Assembly (NCBI GenBank): GCA_951406725.2
Contig: OX597821.1
Coordinates: 47,678,001 to 47,742,000, forward strand
Direction: 5' to 3'
Length of the DNA stretch: 64,000 nucleotides
Origin: Octopus vulgaris
Taxonomy: Eukaryota
Both the position numbers and the translations under genes were made by a program. How positions within the stretch are numbered: position 1 is the stretch's first letter; every line of letters starts with the position of its first letter. The notes under the pieces were generated by a model that saw only the letters and a list, made by a program, of their open reading frames with translations, was not told where the DNA came from and did not search any database. Positions 1-16,518 of this stretch are shown here, in pieces.

Positions 1-978
1 AGATGCAACAAAGACTACGATGTTGTGGCCAGCAGGAAGGGATGCAACAGGCATTCTGGCTGTGTTCACATGCTGGAATTCATTTGACACCTGCAGGATA
101 GTGTGATGGAAGATCCAAGCAAGGGAATCTGGGCTTTGGCAAGAAAGAGTGGTGTTGAAGTCACCACCATGAAGTTGGCCCTGAATGAGGACCTTTACTA
201 CCACTCATACAAAAGGTGCAAGGGACAAATTCTGACATCCAAAGCTAAGGAGAACCTTTTGATGAAGACAAAGAAGCTCCTGAACAAGCTGAGGCATCCT
301 TTTGAGCTGGGGATGATCAGATTCTTCTCAGATGAAAAGAACTTCTGCCAGGACTAGTTGCATAGCACCCATGCCTTACCTGCATTCCATGTGATGTTTT
401 ACATATCATGATAACCAAGTTCCTCTAAACTGTGATTGTTTTTGTGTGTATCTCCAGTGAGGGCAACATGATGCCAATCCACATCTTTGAACTTGGCCTT
501 AGCCTCAATTCAGATGATTATTGTTAAGCTACTGGAGAGGGTTGTTGCTGGAAGGCCATATGTGCAGGAGCAGGATTTGGTTTTGTGCCATACTTCCAGC
601 AAGTCAGAAGTGAATGTTGGAGAATTTCTATGATTTCATCAGCTCCTATTTCAGGCTTCCTAATTTCCCATATTGGATTACTATGAGTGAGGCATGGTTG
701 AGAAAGACACCAAACTCTTTATCTGCAACACCAAAGCTGAACAGGTGGCCATGATCAAGGTGCTTGAAGATATTCCTAGGGACGCAGTAAGGATCACATG
801 CACCAAGTTCCAGAGTCATCTTGAGACTGTTGTGGAAGCTGAGGGAGGTTCTTTGAGTAAACTGTTGTCTCCAAGCCATAAACTAATTGATATTTTTTTG
901 ATTTTTTAAAATACTTTTATTTTTGGATGGGATATTCTGTTTCTTTCCCTTTTATACAATTTACCCAGACACCCTCTA
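1..978 (+). mobile_element. Degenerate Tc1/mariner-superfamily (DD37D/maT-like) transposon, left end outside window
   Basis: ORF 103-357 ends in FFSDEKNF; downstream broken frames resemble CISSEG..PIHIF, RPYV..QD and LDYYEWGMVE motifs; TIR-like end ...ccagacaccctc-TA at ~961-980. Confidence 0.8.
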
Positions 979-1544
979 TATATTTTTCTTTTCTTTTATT
1001 GTGTTGTACTTGTAGAATGACATACAACTTTACCTGCTATACTGCCACAGTCTGCTCAGTCAACAACTCCTACCCACAGCTAAATAATTATCAGTAAAGA
1101 AAATATTCAGCTGTCAAAGGACAAATGCTTTAATCACAGTTTACCAAAAATCTGTATACAGTAAGTCCTTTAGCTTTCAAAATGGAAAAGAAACAAATGC
1201 TTCTATGGTCTTAATTTAATCAAGAAAATATTTCCTCTCATTATTGATAACATAATCCCATCTATGTAACAAACTGTTGATCCTTTGGGCATAAAAGTTT
1301 TCAGTTTCAAAACAAAGAAACACTTAGTATAATTCTTAACTTCTTCACAATTAATAAACTGCTTCATCTACCCAACAATATTATTCATGTGCCCAACTCT
1401 TTCTTTGCATCAACCTTGCAGAACAATATGAACAGATAAACTTTCTTATTTAAATGGCCATTCGACTAGTTATGAAACTGTAAGTTCACTTCCTGTATTG
1501 TAAACTTATATATAATACAGGAAGTGAATATATATTGCCTCACA

Positions 1545-2038
1545 GACGCATTGACTAGTGACCGAGAACTTTGGCAATGTACTGTGCTTCAGAGGACTCA
1601 ATAAGCTAAGTGCACCCATGTGGGGGCACGTAAAGAACATCTTTTGAGTGTTGGGCCTCATGGAGGCAAAGTGGCTGAGTTCCTTTCAAGTGTTGGGCCT
1701 CTCAGAGACAAGACCTTTAGCATTATGTTGTACTTGAGAAAAAGACCCATCAAGCCAAGCAAAATCGCATTAATGGCAGATACCAGTGTCATGCAAATTG
1801 GCACTCATTCTGGTGGCACATAAAAGCACCCCAGTGTCATGCAAATGGTGCTCGTACTGGTGACATGTAAAAGCACCCATCACACTCTCGGAGTGGTTGG
1901 TGTTAGGAAGGGATTCCAGCCGTAGAAAACCATGTCAAATCAGACTGGAGTCTGGTGCAGCCTTCCAGCTTACCAGCCCCAGTCAAACCCTCCAACCCAT
2001 GCCAGCATGGACAATGGATGTTAAATGATGATCGTGAT
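1545..2038 (+). mobile_element. RTE LINE 3' end / 3'UTR with (GAT)n-like tail
   Basis: Shares cacactct..gagtggttgg.gttaggaaggg..tccagc..aacccatgc.agcatgga...gttaaatgatgat with copies at 8930-9087, 21810-21972 and 55300-55482. Confidence 0.8.
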
Positions 2039-2151
2039 ACTGTGTTGACTATTTATTTACACCATATTTTCTTTTTACATATTTGTATAATGCTATGTTT
2101 ATGTATGACACACATGTCAATATATTGTTGAATGAAATGTCAAGGAGCAGG

Positions 2152-2229
2152 TCATCATCATCATCATAATCATCATTATCATCATCATCATCACCACCAT
2201 CATCATCATCAATACCACCACCACCACCA
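2152..2229. repeat. (CAT/CAC)n microsatellite
   Basis: Direct reading. Confidence 0.95.
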
Positions 2230-2231
2230 AG

Positions 2232-3600
2232 GTATGGTCAATTCACATAGTTGGTCCCTCAATGGGGTCGACATTCGGCAGACACTCTTCCTCCCATTCA
2301 TTCTCCACATTCAACAGTCTTTCATAATGGCATTTCCAAGCCTCTTTCTTTGCAGAATCATTAATTCCAGTGCACCATCATCCATGCGGACACGTTTCTC
2401 TCCTATGACATCACAATTTTCTCTCACACACTGCCTTGAAATCCGAAACACTTCAAGTCTTTGGTCCTCATGTCACTGAATATAGATAAACTTCTTTTCT
2501 GCTTCTCTCTTGACTAGATATACCTGTCTCCTAGCTTCCTTTCTGACTATTTGATACAGTTCCCTGCTAACCCCACTCTTCCAGGCCTTCTGGGCCTGTT
2601 TCTTTGCTCTGATGGTCATATCCACAGCATCATTCCACCGCTACATCTCTCTAGGTTTTGATGGGACTTTGCACCAGCCACAGATTTGGACTGTAGCACT
2701 CAGCAAGCTGTCCCACAGGAATTCTCAGTTGCCCTCTATGTCACAAGTCTGTAGGTCCTACTCCCTCTCATCAAATTTCTCAGTTAGGATGTCCCTAAAT
2801 CTCTGACCATATAAAGTGTCCTTAAGCTTCCAAATCCTTCTTTTCCAGATTGGTCTGCTTCTTGGCATCCTTCTGGCCTGGAGTCTAAAGTCACTAATGA
2901 TTAGTTTATGCTGGAGGGTACATCTTCATTAGGAAGGGTCTTTGTATTTAGGAGTAACTATGCATCATGCTGTCTGGTGAGAATGTAATCAATCTGGTCA
3001 GTATAGTCACCTGATTGGTAGGCTGTCAGGTGGCTGGCTGGCTTCCTGAATTTGGTGTTGCAGATCAATAGGTTATTTGCATCACAGAACTCCAGTAGCC
3101 TTGTTCCCTCTTCATTTCGGGAACCAATTTCATGGCTCCCATATACACCATGGAAGATACCAGGCTGCCATCCAGCATGCTAATTGAGGTAGCTTGCAGA
3201 AGAGTATCATAAAATTGGCCCATTTGTTCATTTGGTAGGCCCGTTTGTGGGAAATTGGCAGATATAATTGTTGCTATTCTATTCTGGAAGACTAGCCTGA
3301 GCTTAAGTACTCTATTGCATACTCTGGCTACCTCTCTGATCTTACCCACCCATTTCTCACCAAGAAGTATGCCCACACTACCAACTCCATTGCTGTTACC
3401 TTCCCAAAAGATTTTATACCAATGTGTCTTGCCCATGAAGAACCTGGCTAAAGCCCCTCTCCACCTTACCTCTTGAATGCAACATACATCAACATACAAC
3501 ATGCCTCCATTCAAGCATCTCAACAATCTTGCTAGACCTACCTTTCAATGTGCCTACACTGACAGTGCCAACTTTGAAAACTGGGAAATGGATGTGGGAG
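2232..3600 (-). mobile_element. RTE LINE 5' coding remnant (AP-endonuclease domain)
   Basis: ORF 3065-3526(-) VDVCCIQEVRWRG...GVGSVGILL...IISA; a QIDYIL-like motif follows near 2980-3000; stops and frameshifts. Confidence 0.85.
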
Positions 3601-3613
3601 GGAACATGTAAAA

Positions 3614-3650
<37 letters not shown>

Positions 3651-3654
<4 letters not shown>

Positions 3655-3948
3655 TTAATAGTAATCGTAAGACAACAAAAGAATGATTGAAACCTCCATA
3701 TTATTTAAATAGAGGAATTTATCTATAAATATAATATGTGACAATTATTCGGTAGCCATGATAAAACTCCAAATTTCAGATGTCAGGGTGGAAACCCATG
3801 CTGGCATATCTTCGGTTGCCAGGCCATCGCAAAAAAAAAATTTTTTTCGCTGGCCCAATAACTGAAAAGATACCGGCATGGTCTTCTGCCCCGACATCCG
3901 AAACTTGGAATTTTATCATTGCTACCGAATAATTGTCACATATTATAT
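3651..3948. mobile_element. Fold-back element, family H1 (arms ~3730-3840/3841-3948 plus ~80 bp tail), Penelope pLTR-like, with degenerate hammerhead motifs
   Basis: Imperfect ~110 bp inverted arms; homologous to 45373-45655 in opposite orientation; (TA)n on both sides. Confidence 0.75.
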
Positions 3949-3954
3949 GTACAG

Positions 3955-3956
<2 letters not shown>

Positions 3957-4036
<80 letters not shown>
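3957..4036. repeat. (CA)n(TA)n microsatellite
   Basis: Direct reading. Confidence 0.95.
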
Positions 4037-4040
<4 letters not shown>

Positions 4041-4505
4041 GTGTTTGTATGTATGTTTGTGACTAACAGAAAGACTTATGTTCCAACATTTCCCTTCCTA
4101 ATTACTTCTGCATAATTTTCTTTCACTATTTCACACCTATTTTATCATGAGTGACACACTTTTGGTTAATTTATTCATTTATGCATGAAATACAACACTT
4201 CTCTTCCATTATACCCTTCTTTCATTGTGTATTCATTTTTCTATTTATTCATTGGTAGGTTGTTGTTACTCAAACCAAATCATGCTTTATATGTTAGCTT
4301 GACTTGCTCAAAGCTTATTTAACATTTTATGATCTCCACACGATGTAATCTGTACACAAATGTAAACATTACTTCTATACAATATATAGATATATATTTA
4401 AGTAGACACACACACACATGCACGCCCACATATGTATGCACATATATGCATGTATATGTAAGTATATACATATGCGTACATGTATATATATATATATATA
4501 TATCG

Positions 4506-4567
<62 letters not shown>

Positions 4568-5493
4568 TCATATATGTATACACACACACATATATAGACA
4601 GATAGATAGATAGATATATAAAGTTATATGTATATATTTATATTGTATTTACATTTGTACATATATGTTTATATTTATGTTTACATTTATATGTATATTT
4701 ATTTGTATTACCTGCTGAGAAATTCACTGATGATGGGAATTAATTACACAGTGGTAACCTTTGGTTTTGTTTTTATATTTGGAATGAGTTGATGATGAGA
4801 CTCAAAGATAATATTGATTAATTCCAAAATCCTCCCTTCAAATCAATTTTGAAGAATAAGCTAAATATTTATTATCTTCTTCACGTTTACTCTAATTTCT
4901 CTTTTCTAGTTGATCAAATACTTCTTTTTAAATTCATCTCTTTGGTTACATGTTAATCTTTCCCATTTTCAATATTTATTTTGGAATCTTGGAAAGTACT
5001 TAAATTTTGCTGATTGTTGCATGCGTTAATTTACATTATGTTCTTGTATTTCAAACAGGAGTGGAAACGGAAGACTAATATGTTGTTCCAGTTCGTTGTG
5101 ATTGTCTATATAACAACTTCATTTCTGTCAAAACATTGATGTTGATATTGCCGACACATTATGACTTCAATTACCAAGCCTTTTTCTGAACGATTTCCAA
5201 CTAATGGGAAAAACAATATGACAAAAAATGTATCAATCGACACAAACACTCAGTCATAGACACACATAGATTGACATGCGCATGTACACACACACACACA
5301 CACACAAAGCATGTGTGAGCGCATAAGAAAAATTACAATAATTAATCATATGTATTTAATGATTTGCAAAATCTTGTGACTTTAATGTATTAAATGAAAC
5401 TAAACGTAAATAATTCAAATTAACAACAGTCACTGAAATTATGTATCTGCTTACCTACCCCTTCATACACATCACGTATGTACGTGCGTGTGT

Positions 5494-5531
<38 letters not shown>

Positions 5532-5540
5532 GTGTGCGTG

Positions 5541-5573
<33 letters not shown>

Positions 5574-5633
5574 GTATGTGTGTGTTTCCGTGTGTCTCTA
5601 TATATGCATATGTACATGCACATACATGTATGA

Positions 5634-5677
<44 letters not shown>

Positions 5678-5830
5678 GGAGCACTCCATCAGTTATGATG
5701 ATGAGGGTCCCAGCTGATTCGATCAATGGAACAGCTGGCTCATGAAATTAACGTGCAAGTGGCTGAGCACCTCGCAGACACGTGTACCCTTAATGTAACC
5801 GAATGCCCTGACCACTAAGCCATGCACCTT
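5678..5830 (-). mobile_element. Internally deleted tRNA-SINE fragment, same family as 52358-52737
   Basis: Reverse complement matches aagggtacacgtgtctg..gtgctcagccactt.cacgttaatttca.gagc...gatggagtgct. Confidence 0.75.
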
Positions 5831-5833
5831 CAC

Positions 5834-5868
<35 letters not shown>

Positions 5869-5869
5869 G

Positions 5870-7082
5870 ACATGTACAAAATGTCCCCAGAAATGTATAC
5901 AGTCTTTGAATAATTATAAAGCCAATGTTTATTCAAATACATTTCATTTTCAGAATGTTATCGAATCTGCAGACTATTTAAAATTCTTTTCATGTATGCT
6001 TGATTCAGGCACTGCTAGTAATGTAAAGTAATGGCATTCAAACATGAAGGGGCATTTCATTCAGCACATTCAAAGGCTGCTCTCAGTTCTTTAAACATTG
6101 CTGGTTTTGTAACATAAACTTTTATCTTTAAGTATTCCCATAAAGAAAGTACCTAGTCCTGTGAGATCCAGTGAATACTGAACATATTCCACTGAACCTC
6201 TTCATCCAAATCACTCATTCAGCAAAATCTCATCAATGTAGGCCCTATGGTAGTATTGGTGTACTCCATCTTGTTAGAAATAAAACTTCACATCTTCAAA
6301 GTCTTCTTGAATGCTTGTCATGACAAATTGTCACAGCAAGTTCAAATAAATGGGACCGATCAAAGTACCATCAAAAAACGAATGCCCCAACTAATTATTT
6401 TGATGGTAAACCACACTATATTGTGACACCTAGTAAATCAACACTAAATTTTTCTGTCATATGCAGCTTCTCAGGTCCCCAGTAGGTACAACTATGGTGG
6501 TAAATTCAACACTTTAATTAACATAGTCTCATCACTTTTAGTAATCTTTGTTGTAAAGTGCATCTCTCACACATCTTGTCAAGAACCCACACTCCTGGGT
6601 TCAGATCATCCTCAGTGGGAACATGGAATATTCTAAAATAGTAACTTTTCTAATGACAGTACTTCAACATGCAATGAACACTTGATTTTGAAATTCCTAT
6701 CTCCTAACTTACTTGCACATATTTTATTGAATTCTGGTAATATGTTTCTAGTAACCTTTCTTGTTTTTGTAGGGATCATCAATATCCAGTCAGTCTTCTG
6801 GAATATTTCTTGAGGACATTCTGAATATTTTCATCTGTTTCAAACTTATCTCTAATCTGAGAGATAGTAAGTTGGGAGGTGTATCTATTTCAAACTCCCC
6901 TCTAAACTGTCTTTGCATTTTGACTGTGTTTACAAACTTCCTGCTGCACTTCAGCAAAAAATTTTTTGTTTAAATCTTAGTCTCATTCTCTTCACTTTAA
7001 TGGATTAAATCAAGAAATTGATGAAAAGTAAATGTGATATCATATATTAAAGTGTGCATACATTTTTGAAGGATACACTTTA
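5870..7082 (-). mobile_element. Degenerate Tc1/mariner-superfamily transposon (DUF4817-type N-terminus; rosa/DD41D-like)
   Basis: Minus-strand fragments QRQFRGEFEIDTPP, ISQIRDKFET, SDET, QDG, LKDKVY..KP; degenerate TIRs aaatgtatacagtcttt / aaagtgtgcatacattt next to TA tracts. Confidence 0.7.
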
Positions 7083-7246
7083 TATATATAAAGTATAATT
7101 CAGGTAAAAACCTCATAACATGCATTTAAGAGCTCTTATGCCATTATTTGGCTACCACATGTTATTCTACAGTAGGGTATATTCCAGGGCTGGATATACA
7201 TTTGGAATTCCTCTTCACACAAGATTAATATAAGAATGATATAACA

Positions 7247-7757
7247 TGAGGATAGAGGATATCAGGCTTTAATAATAGATCACAACATTTGTTTCTGCAC
7301 CATACAACAAGATTTTTCTTTATAATTACTTCATAATTTAGTTGGATATTTTTCAGCAACAGTGGTGTGTGGGTACTTAACCAGGTGGATTATAATTAAT
7401 TCCTGTTGGAATTTTCTGAATACTCTGAGTATATGATGTACATTACTTTGCAACAATCAACTTATCAGATTCCAAGGGACAAAAGCATAAATGTATATAT
7501 AATATTACAATAATATCACCTGCAACAATAATAATAACAGAGTCAGGGTGACCTTCAAGGTATGTATATCTTATATGCCATCTGGTCAAGCACCTATACA
7601 CGGTTGTTGCTGGAAAATATTCAATTACATGGTAATTATAAAGAATGATCTTGTGTAATGGTGTATGAACATAATAGACTCGGCAACTTACAGCTGATGT
7701 GCAGTACAGAAATAAATGTTGTAATCTACTGTTCAAGCCTGATATCTTCCATCCTCA
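7247..7757. repeat. Diverged ~65 bp inverted repeat (7247-7311 / 7694-7757)
   Basis: tgaggatagaggatatcaggct..cacaacatttgtttctg versus cagaaataaatgttgtaatcta..aagcctgatatcttccatcctca. Confidence 0.75.
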
Positions 7758-7919
7758 CTGTCACCAGCCAACTCCATGAGCAGGACCACCAATTACCAAT
7801 CCCCAATGCTCATTATGCACATGTATACTCATACATGCACATACACGAGAGTACATGTGTGCATGCACATGTGTGCACACTAATATGCATGCATACATGC
7901 ATGCAGGAATGCATACATA

Positions 7920-9347
7920 CAGGCATACCTAACCCTACGTCATTAACTGGTTCCAGAAGACATGACTTGCCGAATTTACTTGTCTCTAAACCAATAATAA
8001 TCATTCCCGGTTCTGTACTTGATTTATGAAAGCATTTTCCATAATACATGGTTAATAAAAACCTATTTTAAGCTTAAAAACAAATGATTTTTTCTTATTG
8101 ATAACAGAATTCTTCATGCCTGGGGCTTCAGACTTGATATATGCAAAATCTTGTCCTTATTTATAATCGCCAACACAGTTGTCTCACTCATCCCAATTGC
8201 TGCCACTCTTGCACATTTTTTCATGGCATTTTATCATAGCCAGTTTATCTTCCAATGTTATAGCATGATGCTTATCATTTTCACAATGAATTTTCTTAGG
8301 AGTCATGGAGGCAAAAAATAAAGTCACAAATAAATGAGAATGAGAAAGTAACCAATAAACAAACATAAACAAATCTGAATTCAAAACAAGCATGGGAACT
8401 ACAAGTGACAATGACACATAACAGTAGATAATGAAACTGCAGTGCAATATGAGCTCCAAAAGACTGATAAATAAGATAACACAGCTGATTTCATGATTAA
8501 ATTGATCAATGGAAATTGCAGCTGAGTTACCAGTGCCGGTGGCACGTAAGAGAACCATCCGAATGTGGCCGTTGCCAGCGCCACCCCGACTGGCCTCAGG
8601 CCGGTGGCACATAAAAAGCACCATCCGTTCGTGGCCGTTGCCAGTGCCACCCAGACTGGCCTCGTGCCAGTGGCACGTAAAAAGCACCATCCGTTCATGG
8701 CCGTTGCCAGCCTCGCCTGGCCCCCGTGCCGGTGGCACGTAAAAAGCACCATCCGTTCGTGGCTGTCTGCCAGGCTCGTCTGCACCACCATCCGTTCGTG
8801 GCCGTTGCCAGCACCGCCCCGACTGGCCCCCGTGCCGGTGGCACGTAAAAAGCACCATCCGTCCGTGGCCGTTTGCCAGCTCCGTCTGGCACCTGTGCGG
8901 GTGGCACGTAAAAAGCACCCACTACACTCACGGAGTGGTTGGCGTTAGGAAGGGCATCCAGCCATAGAAACACTGCCAGATCAGACTGGGCCTGATGCAG
9001 CCTTCTGGCTTCACAGACCCCAGTTGAACCGTCCAACTCATGCTAGCATGGAAAGCGGACGCTAAATGATGATGATGATGATGATGAAGCTACACTACTT
9101 TATGGTGTGTACCTTAACATTTACTGTACATATTTTATATGCTTTTATTCTTATTTATTGTACAGTAATATGATTTTATGTGCTTTTAACGATTTATAGT
9201 GATTTTATGATTCCAATATTTGTGGTGGACAGACGTAAAGTTGAGTAAAATGGCTTAACTTAATTATTTTTCCATATATTATTTTTGAAAACTGATGTAT
9301 AATCGAGAACAACTTAAATTGAAATGACTTAAGCTGAGGTATGCCTT
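7920..9347 (-). mobile_element. Tigger/pogo element, internally deleted and interrupted by an RTE 3' end
   Basis: TA-CAGGCATACCT left end and AGGTATGCCT(T)-TA right end; minus-strand MTPKK...HAITLEDKLAMIKCHEK resembles a CENP-B/psq HTH. Confidence 0.8.
8505..9087 (+). mobile_element. Young RTE 3'UTR containing a ~60 bp tandem array (~6-7 units) and (GAT)n tail
   Basis: Units gtgccggtggcacgtaaaaagcaccatccgttcgtggccgttgccagc...; CpG retained; conserved RTE tail. Confidence 0.85.
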
Positions 9348-9912
9348 TAGATATAAATGAATATGCATGTGTTTCTGTGTGTGCATGCATGGTGATGCAT
9401 GTGTTTGTATACACGTGTACATGTGTGTGTGCATGCAGATGTTCATTCATAAGTCTGTGTGTGGTAAGATATGTGTGTGTATGTGTGCCCATATACAGAT
9501 GCACATGCTTGCATCAATACACAGACATACGCACAAAACCATATGAGCACATCCATGCACTCACATATACAACTATATACTTGCACCTACCACCTCTTCC
9601 TACTTACCCCATGACTGATTTCCTGTCCACCATACGGTCATTTTTCCTGTTCATCATGCGGTATTTTCCAAGCAACTGTTGTTGCTGATATATCAACATC
9701 AAACCACAACACAACGTGACCTTCCACAACTAATCGCAACCCACGTTACAGCAATAACCATCAACTTCTGTCATTCAAATTCAAAATGGCTGAAGATTAC
9801 CATCACACTTGAAACTCAGCATACCAACGAATTTGAATCAAACTGTTTTGATCCATACATGTAATTCCCCATATATTTTTTGAGTGCCCTTCTTTCATTT
9901 ATTCACTCACTC

Positions 9913-9947
<35 letters not shown>

Positions 9948-9966
9948 TAGATAGATAGATAGATAT

Positions 9967-12410
9967 GTTTCTTTATTGGCCACACAGGGCTGCACACAGA
10001 CGGGACAAATTACAAGGTAGAGCTTTTCTTTTTGGAGATGAAAAAAGGTGTTTGGTTTTCAATCAAAAGGGATCGTAAATGGAAAGAAAGAGAAAAGCAA
10101 AAAAAAGAAAAAAATCGATCAATAGGGATCGTTATCGCAGAAATGTCAATGTAAAGTGTAAAGGGGAAGACAGGTGAGGTTTACCCGTGGAAAGAAAAGC
10201 CTACGGAAAAGACCACGGTAATCTCGGTCAATGAAGTCACATAATACAGCAACTCTGTATTAATTTTTACGGTTCATAGGATCATAGTCAAGGTGGCTTC
10301 GACCTTCATACGTGCCATCCTTGCTTCATTCACCCATCTTTTTTTAAAACATTCACTAGACAAAACTTGCCTCTCTACTCTCACTTTCCTTTTCAAGTGA
10401 TACTTGAAGAAATTGATGAGAGATTGACCAGAGAGGAAAGTGTTTGTCTCCAATCCTTTCAGACGCGTCCACCAGATACATTCTTTCGCTATAAAGTCGG
10501 ATAAAAATAGCTCTTCCTTCTCGTTTGAAGGAAGGAGGCATGACGATATTAACGATAGACTTGACTGATAAACTGACACGTCCCACACGTGACAGCAGTC
10601 GTTCGACATAAGCCCACAGGTCGGAGATTGTTGGACACTGCACGATTGCGTGCGGAACGGTTTCGTTGCTCTGACCGCATCTTGGGCAGGTCGGCCCCGT
10701 GTTTCTCGAGCCATGCCTATTGAGCTTATCCCGAATGGGTAGCGCTTCTCGGTAGCACTGCCAGGCCAGGGATCTCTGGAAGTTGTCCATAGGTCCCGGC
10801 CCGAAGGTCGTCTCAAACAGGCGGGTCAGATTTTCCTCATCGACGCCCAGGTTCGCCCCAAGATTGTCGACGTACCTCCCCTCCTCTAATCCCCTATAGA
10901 ATGCTTTGGTTGTGTCGAAGTCACTCAAGGTCGACTCGGACGGCATAGTTGCTTGAGAGCAACGCGACACTCACGGTACCATTCGCCCTTCCTCGGCCTC
11001 TTTTTGATCTACGACTACAGTTCTGTTATGGAGACGAGCTGCGGGAAAGCGTGCCTCACAAACGGTGACCACACCTGTTCACCGTTGTCTACATAGAGCT
11101 GGAGATGCCGCAGTCTCAGTGCATGTCTGCGCATCATCAACCACGGCATGCCCAGCCCTCCTTTTAACGGGTGTTGACAGCAAATGGATTGCCTGACCAT
11201 CGGGACGCATCCTTTCCACAAGAAGTGGAAGAGAATGCGTTCTAGTTTGGTGATGGTAGGGTCGAGACAAGGTACGACGGTCAGGCGATAGTAGATGATG
11301 GACGTGATGTACGTGTTCGCCACCTCCACACAACCTTTTAGGGACAGTTTCCTCTTGGCCCATTGCCGGGCAAGAGTGACCACCCTACTCGTTATCTCGT
11401 TCCAGTTCTTCTCCATTTGGAGGTCTGGACCGAACCAGACCCCGAGCAACTCGACCGGAGGTGCTGGTGGACGGCATGGGCTTGCTTCTCCAGGTGCCGA
11501 GCCGCAAGCCCACTGACTTTTCCCGGTTGATTTTCGCTCCTGTCACCACTTCGTAGTTTTTCAGTGTCTCGCCGACCTGCTCGATGTGCTCGTGGCTAGA
11601 CACTATGACAGTGACGTCGTCCGCATATGCAGACACCCTTGTCCCGCATCCCAATTCTCACGGGATGCCCCTAAGAGTCGCCAGCTTCCGCAGTAGTGGC
11701 TCAAGAGTCAATACGTATAGAAGCGACGAGAGGGGGAATCCCTGACGGACCGAACGTGCAATGTCGAAAGGTCTCGATAGATGTCCATTTACGCGAATTA
11801 CCGAACGGATACCTCTGTACAAGCCGCGGAAGACGGGACCGAAACCAGCCGCTCTCAGGACTGCCTCCAAGTATTGATGGTCTACCCTATCGAAAGCTTT
11901 CGATTGATCCAAATTGATCAGGGCCCCACCCATGCCAGGTTCCTTAACTACTCTGTCTATGGTGTAGCGCATCAGATGGAGGTTGTCATGGATGCTCCGG
12001 CCCAGCATGGCACACGTTTGCGCCTTGTCAACCAGTTTCTCGATGACAAGCGCCAACCTCTTGGCTAACACTTTGGTCAAAATTTTCAGGTCTGCATTGA
12101 GCAGTGATTGGCCTAAAGTTATCTATAATGTCCCCCTTGTTACGGCTCCTTGACTCACAAAACCGGGTATGCTCCCGTTTTGCTGCCAGTTTCAGTATAC
12201 TGCTGCCAAGATGTCTCCAAACAAGTCTGACATACAATTGTAAAACTCGTAGGGCAGACCATCCAAACCCGGTGATTTGTCTCTCGAGAATTCGGCCATT
12301 GCATCCTGCACATCCACCGCCGTGATGGCACCTTTGCAGCACTCTGCTTCTCTTGCCGAGAGTCGTGGCAGGCTGTGCAGGTAGGCACTGAAGTCCACCC
12401 TGCGTTCACA
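9967..12410 (-). mobile_element. 5'-truncated Tx1/L1-clade LINE (ORF2 RT and C-terminal CCHC), frameshifted
   Basis: KSPGLDGLPYEFY, LDQSKAFDRVDH, SVRQGFPLS, SAYADDVT, CPRCGQSNETVPHAIVQC; AATAAA-like signal and tail end in a (TAGA)/(TA) tract; GC/CpG-rich. Confidence 0.92.
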
Positions 12411-12705
12411 CTACGTTCAAATGCAAAGGACAAACCAACTGCTTCAACATATTCGCATCACCAATGCAGCTCAAAATATTTACATTGATCCTGCTGCTAT
12501 TTCTTTGTCCTTTGCATTTGAAGTCTATGCAGTCATCTGATGAAAACAGTTTCTCTGCAATCATGTAATGTTTTCATCAATCAATCAAAGGAGTCACTTG
12601 AAACGGCCGTAATGAATTGACACCTGTACATCTTTGTTACTCATTTATATGTTATTCACCTACCCTGGGATCTGCACTTTGGAAATATTATAGAAATTAG
12701 TAAGA
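12410..12705 (+). other. Short structured insert with a hammerhead-like motif between two LINEs
   Basis: 19 bp inverted repeat ttcaaatgcaaaggacaaa/tttgtcctttgcatttgaa; TCAT-CTGATGA...GAAAC-GGCC-GTA-ATGA at 12533-12615. Confidence 0.5.
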
Positions 12706-12709
12706 GTGT

Positions 12710-16000
<3,291 letters not shown>

Positions 16001-16518
16001 AATCACTACGATTGTGAATAAAAGGTTCCCTCAGTTAATTCATCTGAAGAATAACCAGTTATTCAACAAGGCTGATAGGTGTAGTTTCAAAGTCGGAGAT
16101 AGCGTTCTTTGTATTTTCGATGAATAGTTTCCCATGCCAAATAGTTATATCTTTATGGATAAACAAATACACTGCAACAGTGTGAAAATAATATAATCGA
16201 AACAAATGGCAGTAACCATATGGAATGTAACAACAATAATTAAAAACAAACAATCCAACACGCTAACTCAACGGTGAACTTTAAATTCCAACTTTGAACT
16301 GTCAGCACACAAACTGTAGAACTAGCACAGACTACCTCACTTACTCAGACAGCGACTAGTTATATGTAGTAGTCCAGTCCATTCTTGTGAGGAGGTGTTG
16401 TATTTTTACACAACACATATACACAACTTGTTGTTCTGAGTTGTTTGTTTGTATGTATGTATGTATGTATGTATGAATGTATGTATGTATGTATGTATGT
16501 ATGTATGTATGTATGTAC

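Noticed and set aside
1016-1160. Candidate exon with good acceptor (ttgtag) and donor (gtaagt)
   Set aside because: All three frames contain stops; at most a non-coding exon, and unsupported
8530-8925. CRISPR-like array of palindromic repeats
   Set aside because: Spacers are homologous to each other, there are no cas genes, the context is eukaryotic and the array is part of an RTE 3'UTR
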